From Bugula neritina (lineage: Eukaryota > Animalia > Bryozoa): a DNA stretch of 64,000 bases. Where the stretch lies: the NCBI GenBank assembly GCA_964035545.1, contig OZ037766.1:8856722-8920721 (forward strand). Reading direction: 5' to 3'. Positions within the stretch are counted from its first letter, which is position 1; each line of letters begins with the position of its first letter. Positions 27,281-38,600 of this stretch are shown piece after piece. The position numbers were made by a program, and so were the translations under genes. Below the pieces are notes generated by a model. That model did no database searches. It had not been told where the DNA came from and saw only the letters and a program-made list of their open reading frames with translations.

Positions 27281-30200
27281 TCAACTGCTTTGTGTTGCAG
27301 ACTGTGTTACTTCAAAGGGTAAAGGTAACTGCCCAGGGCACCGTTTTAAAGCAAACTTCCAAACACCAAATCCTGAGGCGCCAGTACCATACCTAAAATA
27401 ATTAACAGCAAAACTATGTTTCAGGTAATTATTAGCATAATATACCACAGGCAGCACCATAATATACCACAGGCAGCACCATAATATACCACAGGTAGCA
27501 CCATAATATACCACAGGCAGCACCATAATATATCACAGGCAGCACCATAATATACCACAGGCAGCACCATAATATACCACAGGCAGCACCATAATATATC
27601 ACAGGTAGCACCATAATATACCACAGGCAGCACCATCATATACCACAGCTTTTGATTTGCAGAGATTTGCTGATTTCTGAAGAAATCAAATGATGCGAAA
27701 CGACAAAGGTTTTGCAATAAAGAAAAGCAAATAAAGTTATTAAGCAGCTACCAAAAGCATGAGTTGCAATAGCCTGACAAGTAGCACCAAAAAAAATTTT
27801 TCAGGGCTGTCTGCTAATGCAGAAATTGAAATAAATTTCTTCAGAGTAGACAATAGATTATGCTGATTGCTGCTTTAAATTTACAACTTCAGACTAAAAT
27901 TCTCTAGAGTGCAGTACCAAAAGGCGGGAACTGTACCAGCTGTCTCACTAAATATTTATTGCTGTAATAAACTTTTTTTTAAACTTTTCCACATACACTG
28001 AGGAAAAACCCTGAAAAATAAAGTAAGCTAAAATAGCAACTGTGAATAACATCAACAAACATAAAAAATGCTATTCATGAAAAAAACTTGCGACATTTAT
28101 GGAAGTCAATCCAAGCCAATATCCAATTCTGAATTTCAAGCCATAGAGTTGATCAGTTACCCATCATGGAATCACTCCATCACCAGAATTAGAGTGGCTA
28201 CTAACCAGCATTTAGTGACAGTGTAGAGCCCATCATATCTGTATCCAGTGTCGGGAGCAAATACTGTGGGCAGTTTATAACCTCTTATAACCCGAACTGG
28301 ATTACCAGTTTTCACACTTTGACTCAGAGCAAGGTTGCCTACAATGATGATTACTTAAGGTAAAGAGGTGACCCAGGGAGAAACACTTGTACAATTTTTA
28401 TGAGCAACAAATTTATGCAAAACCTCACAATTTGTTAAAAATTCTCAAGAAAACTGGAATCTAGCAAACAATATACACAGAAATTGACAAAAATCAAGTG
28501 AAATCAATAGTTGTCATGATGGAGGTAAGAAATCTGATTCAAGTACAAGTCAAGTCACAAATGAATCCAGCTTAAAATAAAATAAACTACCCTATTCAGC
28601 TTAAAATAACAATCATACCACAGTTTGGGTAAAATATATATTTAATTTGATTGGCAGACATTTAAACATGCATTCAACACTTCAATGTTCTTCTGCTGCC
28701 TAGCAGTGTCCATAATTTCAAAAAACTTCTGGATTTACTAAACCAACATAGCAAATGGTAAAGTTCATGATAGAAAGTTTTTAGGTGGACCATACGGAAA
28801 TGGAAAAAGTAACGTGTACAAAAAAGCACCAGCACTTTATAAAGTAAATTATGTGAAAGACCATGCTGAGAAAGTAAGTCAGTATATGCACTACTATGAC
28901 ACTTGTTGAAAAACAATTATTATCAAGAGCTGAAGACTTTATTTACAATAAAAATAGTAATGGATAGTGCAATATGTTGTTCATCTGCTCTAATCCACTA
29001 CATACCAATATAGTAACTAATTACAATGTAGGGTTATGAAATTAAATCAAAATTTATACTGTAAACAACTATCTCATTTTATATTTTACCAAGAATAGTT
29101 TTGACTGCATAATCTCTAAAGTCTAAATACTCATTTTTGAACGTTACAATAGTTGCATTGGTGCTTGAAAAAAGATTTGATGTAGTGGAGCAGCAATCAT
29201 TAATGTGTTGAAGAAATGTTTTAACATTTATTTGTGATGCATATCTAAGCATTGAAAATATTTATAAATTATCTTCTATGCAAGTATACACTAGCAAAAC
29301 AAATTAAATGATGCAAGAAGTGTCAAGTGGAACCATTGTGTAAATCTAAGCATTATGTTTTTGGATGTGAGTTTTTTTAGTTCACATCCTAAAATATTAC
29401 ATCAAAATGCTACGTAATGAAAAGCAGTAAGACCCAAGCCATTTAGTAACACAAAAAGTGCCAAAGGGACTCGGACACCAGCACTTTCCTGCAATTAATA
29501 AAATGGCAAAAACATCTAAATAGGTTTTATTCACTATTTGTCAACAATTTCTAAAAAAAATCAAATAATTTAAAATTCCTATTTTAGGACATCACTATCA
29601 AACTTGAGCTACGAGATAAAATTGCAAACACCCCGCCCAGTCAAAATACTATTCCAATCATACACGCTGTGTGTTTGCTGGTGCTACTAAAACTGGTCCT
29701 GAGCCATTCTAGTTCGAAGACTAATTTTACCTGTAAAGTGCAGAGATGCAAATTTTTGGTTAACCTTGGACTTATAATGTTAGGCTTGGAAAATAAATAT
29801 TTTATTTCATAGTCAGACAACTTCTCATACTACTGAGTTTCACTAGACTATTAAACCACATGCACTTCTACATTCTGCATTCCCCTCTGTTTATGAGATA
29901 TTACTGAACATATAACCACCCAGTATCTCACTACTTTTATATGAACTATTTTGTAAGTTGAAGGAAAGTGAAAATTGTTGAGAGAACACTATCCTAAATC
30001 ACATCTTTGCTTTTTTTTATTGAATACTCCTACAGCGTACAAAACTCTAGGTTAAGTAGAATAAGTAAACTTCTAATGACATCAAGAAATTATTAAATTA
30101 TGTCAGAGTCCCACCCCCCTTAAATCAACAAAGATAAAAGGATAAACCAGCATAGCTAACATCAGCTATAGAGTATACCAAATAAATAATATGAATATGA

Positions 30201-33200
30201 GATAACAGGTAAACTAAAGGCTATCACACAACATGAGTGATGTAAGCCTTAAATAATCTATAACTTACTTACATATAAAAACAATTGCACAGCATTAATA
30301 CATATTATATGTATCTAAATTTAATATTTATAAGAATGCATCGAATAGCCAATCAGTAATGCAAATTGGATTTAAGATAAAAAATCAATAATTGAATCAC
30401 ACCAAAGTCAATAAAAGTAAAATATTAGGGACAGAATGTGAATGAGTATTGGGCATTGTCACATTGTTCCTGTCTCAGCTAACTTATCAAATCAGGTATT
30501 TCTTGTTTTGACATGTTGCAAGTCAAGTGACTTGAGCAAGTCATAATTTGATTAACTTGAGGAAAATTAAGCACAATAGCAAGTACTAAACTCAGCAAAT
30601 AGTAAAGCCAAAATGAAGAATTTGCAAGGAATCGAAAACAAAAATACTGTTTTTTTTAATGAGGCTTGATTGTCCCCTTAAACACCAACTTTAGATTAGC
30701 TAGAGGTTAAGTGAAAACAACATTTTTAAACCTTGGTGAAAACTTGAAAGCTTTTGGTCTTTAACTTTTGACCAATATTCACAGTATCCAGGTATGTCAA
30801 AATGTTCTCCATGAACTTTAAGATCGTCAGACACTGAGAAATACCAGACAGTATAATAAAGCAGTCAACTAATTGACTAAAAGGAATATTTCAAGACATT
30901 TATAGGCAAACTATTACTATAAACCTGAAACTATGATGAGTTCTAACCTCGAGTTAGCGTTTGGTCCTTAGACTGAGGAGCTGTTCTTAAATTTTTTGGG
31001 TTAGCTTTAGTGCCCTTCAAGTCTCTGCCCCCTAAAATAGCCAAGATTGAAGTTAAACAAATAAAAATTAATTTGCAAATTAGGTGTTATTTAGAGGTTG
31101 AGTACACACGGATATTAAATGTGATATAGCAAAAAATATTTAAATTAACAAACACCGAATAAAAACATTAAATTAGACAAAATAATGACTTAAGTGGAGC
31201 TTTAATGAATCTTCAAAGTTTCAAAGTGAAATGAAACCAAATATGTAAGTAAGAACAAATCAATCATTTGTAAATAGGCCAGGATTAGAACTTTTTAAGA
31301 TGCATTTAACAAAAATTTTTATCTCAAAGTGCCAACAATTACTAGGTACAAAAAATTTACTGTTTCAACACCAAATTTGCTTTTAAAGACAAAAAGAAAA
31401 AATCCTGAAAAACCTACTCTACCCACCAACATTAAGCGGTTTTAATTGTAATACGCAATTTTGCCATTACTTCCTAAGAACTGCATTATTGTTATACATA
31501 ATTATTTATACAATAAATCTCTCCAAGTGAGGCAGCTGTAGCAAATTGATTGGAGAAAACATACTTTTGCCTTCACACTATTTCAATGTTTGATTTGAAA
31601 AAGCCTAAAACATACCTTCACCAGTATAAGTAAAACAGTCTCCAAGATCTATATTATCTTCATAGCCACCTGATAAAGCTATAGAATATGCTCCCTCTTC
31701 AGTATTACCATGAATTCCTGCAACTGTAGGTCTAAATAAACAAAGGCATGCATATATTATATTATATATAATTCATCTACTAAGTTGGTATTTCTTGATG
31801 GCAATTATACTTTAAATCAGGGGTAACCAACCTTTTCAGAGCGAGGGCCACTAAAGTGGAATATTCCGTGGCGAGGGTCACATTATGAGATTTAGCTTAG
31901 GCTGCGGGCCACAGCATCAATGATTTTCAAATTACTATATTCCAAATTCCTATGAATCATTACACAATGAAGTCTCAAAACTAACCGCAAGCTTTTTAGC
32001 ATGTTATTAATAGAACATTTAAAAAGTTGACTTTCCACTCTAATTCATATATGTGTACAACAAGTTTTTATTAATTTGATATGCCTTTAAGGACCACATG
32101 ATTGTAAGCTGGGGGCCACATCGGGCCCAGAGGCCGCCTGTTGGACAGTCATGCTTTAAATAGTATACTTAATCTAAAAATATTACTATTTTGGCTAAAA
32201 GCATTGACCAACATATAACTATGTACCTGTGTACTCCAGCTTCAGAACATTGCATTCTGGTCTCCCACCAAGCACCTGGTTCAATACCGTCAATAGCTCC
32301 ATAAACATTCTCTCTCGGAATATATCTTCTCTTAGGAATTATGTTCTCCTCATCTTCACTAAGTTGTGATGCGACATCTTCTACAGCCTATGATTGAAAT
32401 GTATAACCACACCATAAATACACAACAGAAAGAATTTGCAAGAAATACAACAGCGATGCAGTGTTCTATGCAGAGAAATTTTATGGAGCTCCACCTAAAA
32501 TACTTCACTATTGATAGCAGACCATCAGCCTTGGTGATTTCACATGCATTACATGTATTAAGCAAGAGTACTTTTCTTTCAATTTAAAGCTAAATTACTC
32601 AACATTTCCCAAAAAGAACTCTGAAATCAAAATAACTTTATTGATATATTTTTTACCAACTCAATAAACATTGTTGTTTTATTTTGGAATATGTTGGTAT
32701 ACAATATCTGTGAAAAAAATCAAAACTGAACAGGGAAAGCATACAATGCCTCGAATGCGTGCAGACTTTCTTCTACCAGAAGTTGTTTCTACAGATGGTG
32801 GCGATGTATCGCACAAAGGTCTTTTAGTTTTCTTTACAGGTTTTAGTGTTTTGATTGGCTCACTATGTTTCTTTCTTATGCAGAGCTTCATATACTACAA
32901 AATATAGTGACATTAATTGATTTATCACAATTCTAAATTTAAAGATTTCAACTCTGCTAAGCCTGTAACTTTTATTATTTCAAAACTGGATATTTCATAG
33001 TTCAAGAATTTTAAATAGCAAAATTAAATTTTGGATAATTAGTAGCAAGTTACATATGACTATGTATGCATAAAGCAACTGTTATAATATAGTAATGTTA
33101 ATTATTTTTCCTCAACTAAATTTTGCAAACACGATGTGAGTGCAATTTAAAACACTATAACTAATTTCTACCATACTTCAATATATCAACATACACATGG

Positions 33201-33321
33201 GAAGTATTGAAATACAACACCAACTGACAGGGTTGAGAAGCCCCAGTTCTGCAAGAACCCTTTTGTTGTCTTCAATATTCTTTAGGCGTCGTATTTCATA
33301 GTCTGATTCTCGTTGAGCCAT
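27281..33321 (-). CDS. Stand-alone SRA/YDG-domain protein (UHRF1-like SRA only, ~282 aa). Exons 33229-33321, 32745-32894, 32227-32387, 31616-31731, 30948-31031, 28206-28338, 27281-27392
   Basis: Spliced product [28 protein letters not shown]...RRKSARIRG...[158 protein letters not shown]. This is a complete SRA domain including the YDG motif. No UBL, TTD, PHD, RING or SET domain is seen. Confidence 0.9.
27437..27648. repeat. 22-bp minisatellite, ~9.5 copies, in the last intron of the SRA gene
   Basis: Unit ATAATATACCACAGGCAGCACC. Confidence 0.95.
28752..29287 (+). pseudogene. Inverted ~536-bp copy of part of exon 2 plus intron 2 of the gene at 49532-52256 (source 50945-51481)
   Basis: CAAATGGTAAAGTTCATGATAGAAAG...GCTGAGAAAGTAAGTCAG...TTCTATGCAAGTAT is the reverse complement of 50945-51481, with scattered mismatches mostly in the intronic part. 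Confidence 0.92.
30732..30833 (-). CDS. Candidate alternative (cassette or mutually exclusive) exon of the SRA gene, paralogous to exon 30948-31031
   Basis: Acceptor GTATTTCTCAG, donor AAG|GTTTAA, 102 nt, phase 1-1, no stop. Encodes (V)[33 protein letters not shown](G), compared with (G)[27 protein letters not shown](G). Confidence 0.6.
31818..32153. mobile_element. hAT-type MITE in an SRA-gene intron
   Basis: CAGGGGTAACCAAC...GTTGGACAGTCATG ends, internal GGGCCAC motifs, 8-bp TSD CTTTAAAT at 31810-31817 and 32154-32161. Confidence 0.85.
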
Positions 33322-35696
33322 TTTTATGAAAAACCAAGCTTTAGCCTATGTGACAGACTAACAGCCTCTAATTAAATTTATAAGTAACCTAAAAATAAAA
33401 CATAGTGAGATTAGAGTATTAACACAGGCACCATTGCAATGGGGCTACAAGCAATATAGCATTATAACTAAAGTTATAATCAGTATTCAATCAAATAGGA
33501 AGTACATTACTATTAGTATTAGTATTATATTATTAACACATGTAAAAGCTAATCAACATTTAAGAAATAAAAAAGCAAATCAAAGAGAAACTAGTTTCAG
33601 TGGTGAAACTCCATAATGAACCTGCTTGTGCCTTATATGCTGTAGCTTTCTCACTTGAAATTAAATATTATGAGTGTTATAGTTATTTCATGGCCGATTT
33701 AAAGTTAAACCATTATTACTATTAGCTTTCATTTTCTTATTTTATGACTTAACCTTTTCATCAACGCTAAAACTACTTAGCCTTATACTTGTAGCTATAC
33801 TTACAGTCGTACTCATAGTTATGTTGATGTTCACAGTAATACTAATAATGCCTTTAATGCTGATTATTAATGGTATAGTGAGTCACTATCCTATGTCACA
33901 TTAAACTGATTAAAGCGATTAACATTCATTTGCATTTAGTACTCACTACTCAGTCTCATACTGTAACCATCAAAATTAAAGTTAATAGTTTGACATTGAG
34001 TATGACTATGAGTATGAGTATCAGTATGACTTAGTACTATCATTATTATTATATTTACTTTTAGTACTCTTATTAGATTACATTAGTATTACTATTAGTA
34101 TTACTATTAGTATTAGTATTTCTATTACTGTATTAGTATAAGTATTACTATTACTATTAGTATTAGTAACAAGTACAACTTTAACTTACTCAAACTAAAA
34201 CTCTCTGTTATTCACACTCAGTAAATAGTTGCTGTGAACTAATCGATTAAGTGACACTCCAAGTGTAAGTCAAAATGCAAGGGACTTGGACTAAAAGTAA
34301 ATATAACTACTACTACTACTACTAGAGTGGTGATGACACCACGTGGGTTTAGACTTCAGGGACGCATAGTCACTAATATTAGTTTGAAATTTATGACGTC
34401 ATGACCATTGAACTATAATCTTATAGTTTCAATTTCAGTTATAGTTTCAGTTCAGTGGTCGACTTTATTTATTTTGAGAGATGATAACTCTGTATTTAAA
34501 AGTTGAAGCACGCTGAAAAATAGCTTAATACGAAATATTATTTCGGTGTTGCCAACACCAAAGGAAGAATATCAATATTACAATAATGATATTATCATCA
34601 CGCTGCATGGCCAACAATATGCAAAGGGTTAAAGACTAAATGGGCATCTACAGGGGCATATATATTGTGTCACTCTAACAACACGTGCGGCATTATTTGA
34701 TGCTGCCCTGTGCCCTGTAGATCTGTTTACTTTTCTAAATCTACCCCTTTAGAAGTCGCCAAAAGCGGTCTAGCAATGCTAGACAATACACGGATCTCTG
34801 AAAATTATTCAAAATAGTCAATAGAAGTTATCTGCTTCTCCGGTGTCCCTTCAAACTGGGGTCATTGCTATTGGATCGTGGATAATGATAGCGGTTTAGT
34901 TGACGCACTCTCAACTTGGTAACCTCATTGAATTTGACGAAGAATGGTTCATGGTCATCATGATGATAATTATAATATAACTTTAAAACTTTAAAATATT
35001 ACTTTTAATGAATTGTAGTCGTTAAATTTAATGCTTAAACTAAAAGTTACCGAGTTCAGCTCGTGTTTAACTTAACTTTTCTTTAAGCTACAAAATCAAA
35101 ATAAAAATTAAAATAACAATTTGAATATCACATTTTAATTTAATCATTTTATGATTATAAATAATTAATAACTATCACGCTGATGAACGATCACGATAGT
35201 CAATGGCATACTCATACTCATACTGATACTCATAGAGTGGTAGCCGTACTCATATTCATACTGATAGTGATATTAATAATAGTTTATTAATACTAATACT
35301 AATAGTAATACTAATACTAATAGTCATAGTGTCATTGGTCAATAATCATACAGTTAGTACTGGTTCAGTGGTTGGGCTGTATTTACTGAACAGCAACTTA
35401 ATCCTGTCTAAATGGAGTGTTGAATGTGTTGCCATTGTATTTAGTATTTATTATGAAATACGTTATTGATTGCTGATTTAACTTATCGAGCAAACTGACT
35501 GACTGATTTAATTATTTGATAATAAAATGTTTATTAGAATGAAAAACAGCGTGATGGTTTTGTATAATATAAAACGGAAGAGAGAGTAAACAAGTATACA
35601 GCGATTCTAGTAAAGCAATTAGTTAGCATATTGTCACGTGATTGTCATGAATGTGATTAGCGATAGGATCGCATGATTGTTTCTCAACACGCCCCC

Positions 35697-38600
35697 TCAA
35701 GCATGTGATTCAATAGCTAGTAGCTCCAGGGCAATTCTGTGATTGGTTTTAGGCAAGCTTTTAGTCATGACATCGGCAGGGTTCTCTGCTCCTCTGATGT
35801 GTTGGTACACTATGGTGGTTTGCTCTCTGACAAAGTGGAATCTAATGTCAATGTGTTTGCTCCTCTGATGTGAGTATGGTTGTCCCTTGGTGAGGGCAAT
35901 GGCTCCAAGGTTGTCAGTGAAAAGTGTGTTAGGGTTAGGCTGTTTCATCTTGAATGTTTTGCACAAAGTCTGTAGGAATAGCATCTCCTTTGTAGCTTCG
36001 GCTAATGCCATGTATTCGGCCTCGCATGATGATAAGGCCACTGTGGGTTGTCGTCGGCTGTTCCAACTTATAGGGGCTCCACCCAGTGTGAATACATATC
36101 CTGTAGTTGATCTTCGTGTAGAGGTTTCTCCGCCCCAATCTGCATCCACATAGCCCACTAGTTCTTGTTGATTGGGAGTGAATCTCAGATTGAATCCTTT
36201 TGTACCTTTAAGGTATCGTAGCAGCCGCTTCAAGGCAGCAATATGTGCAGGTCCAGGTCTTTCTAGGTGTTGGGAGAGCTTCCCAATGATCCATGCTAGG
36301 TCTGGACGTGTGGCGGTCATTAGGTATATGAGAGAACCTATAACTTGTCTGTAGGGGTAGTCCTTTGAACGCTCATATTCGTCGTCTGTTGCTTTTTCTA
36401 GTTGTAAGTCCTTTTCAGCAGGGGTATATACAGGGTTGCAATCTGCCATATTGTAGGTGTTCATCAGCGTGTCTATGTAGCGCTCCTGTGACATAGTGTA
36501 CTGGTCCTCATGTCTCCTGAAGTCTATCCCCAGGAACCAGCTTAATTCTCCTCTATCATCCATGTTGAATTTTTGTTGCATCATAGATTTGGTTTGTGTG
36601 ATTCTGTTGTCGTCTCGGCAGCAGAGAAGGATGTCATCAACCCAGAAAAGAATGATGATGTTGGCTGATTTATCTAAAGGGTCCTCTTTTGAGTATAGAC
36701 AAGGGTCTCCAGCACCAGGTGTGAAGCCTTGCTCCTTGAGGAAAGTGGTCAGTGTTTGGTGCCAATTGCGTCCGCTTTGCTTGAGGCCATAAATGGATTT
36801 GTTGAGACGACAAGAAAGCTTCCCTTGTTTGTTGGTTTCTTCGTACCCTTCAGGCTGTTGTAGATAAATTTCCTTATCGATTGGTGCGTTTAGGTACGCT
36901 CCTTTAACATCTAGTTGATGTATTTTCATGTTTTCATTTGCTGCTTTCTGTAACAGCAATCTGATGGATGTGAATCTGGTGGTTGGACTGTAAGTTTCTT
37001 CATAGTCAACTCCTTGTATTTGTGAAAATCCTTTTGCTACATATCTAGCTTTATGTTGAGTTTCACCTGGCGTTTTTCCCTGTTTGAGGGTATAAACCCA
37101 TCTGCCCTTGGTCTCTGTCCTGTCTTCAGGTAGCGGCTGGATAGACCAGGTGTTTGAATCACGTAGGGTGTTTATTTCCTTGTCCATGGCTTTCTTCCAG
37201 GCTTCTTTATCTTTTGAATTTACAGCTTCTTGGTAGGACTGTGGTATGTTTGCCATCAGTGAGCAAGCATAGTCAGTGTCTTCTATGTCATAGTCCTGTA
37301 GGTATGTAGGAGGCTTTCGTTTCCGTTCCGATTTACGTGGTCCAGGTTGGTTGGTGGCCTTTGCCGGATCTGGTGCGGGTCCCTGTGGCATGACGTTCAT
37401 TGCGTCATTTCCGCATGTTTGTGCAGGTTCTTGTGGCATGGTATTCTGGGTACCATTTCTGCTGTTTTGTGCGGGTCCTTGTGGCATGACGTTCATTGCG
37501 TCATTTCCGCACATTTGTGCAGGTTCTTGTGGCATGGTATTCTGAGTACCATTTCTGCTGTTTTGTGCGGGTTCTTGTGGCATGACGTTCATTGCGTCAT
37601 TTCCGCATATTTGTGCAGGTTCTTGTGGCATGGTATTCTGGGTACCATTTCTGCTGTTTTGTGCGGGTCCTTGTGGCATGACGTTCATTGCGTCATTTCC
37701 GCATATTTGTGGTATGACATTTCTGGATGTAACAATTTTCTGATTAGGGGTAAGTATAAGGTAGCCTTGGGCCTTTGTGTTGACACCAAGATATATGCCG
37801 CTTTGTCCACGGTCACTGAGTTTTAACTTATTTCCCTCTGAGTAGAATGTGCATTGAGATCCAAAATTGTGAATTTTCCTCATGTCGGGTAGCGTGCCTG
37901 TGAATAACTCATAGGCTGTCTTTCCCGTTCGTCTCTGGTAGCTTCGGTTTCTTAGGTACTTGGCATGGTCAGCGGCAAAACTCCAGAAAGTCTTGGGGAG
38001 ATTTGAATCTTTGAGTAGGCATCGTGCTGTGTCCATTATGGTGCGCCAAGTCCTCTCTGATTTACCATTCTGGTAGGATGAGTAGGGTGCTGTAGTGGTG
38101 TGTTTGATTCCCCTCTCACGTAGCACGGCTTCAAATGGCTGTCCAAGGTACTCCATGCCGTTGTCAGTATGGATCTCCTTCACATTTCCTATAGGTGCCA
38201 CATCTGCAATGAATTGCTTAAGTGCGGTGGTGGCATCACTTTTGTGGCGTATATTGTAGGTGAACAACATACCGGAAAATTCATCTATGAAGTTTATTAT
38301 GTAGTTTTGTCCTCCTCTAGCAGTTGGTGTGATGGGTCCGCATAAGTCAGAGTGTACACGTTGTAGAGGCTGTGTAGCTAGTTCAGGTTTATCGTCTTGT
38401 TTGTGAGGTTGTTTGGTGATTTTACTTTCGTCACATGTCTTGCATGCAATTTTTAATTTTGCTCCAATTATGGTCATACCTGTTGTCACTTTCTCCAGCT
38501 CAATTATGTCATTGGTGTTCATATGACCCAGTGCCCTGTGCCAATCGGGCAGCGATTTTGCGGTGTTCATTGAGTCACCTGTATGGGTTGTCTTGAAAAA

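Noticed and set aside
27421-27717. Overlapping ORFs with repeated [22 protein letters not shown]; CRISPR-like appearance
   Set aside because: They are translations of a 22-bp minisatellite. There are no unique spacers and the context is a eukaryotic intron.
29414-29488. Another possible minus-strand exon in the SRA intron (acceptor TTGCAG, 75 nt to a weak GTAGCA donor)
   Set aside because: Weak donor and no convincing similarity to the SRA domain in any frame; compatible with chance.
30484-30585. Stop-free AG...GT segment in the same SRA intron
   Set aside because: No similarity to the finger exon or any motif, and the composition is intron-like.
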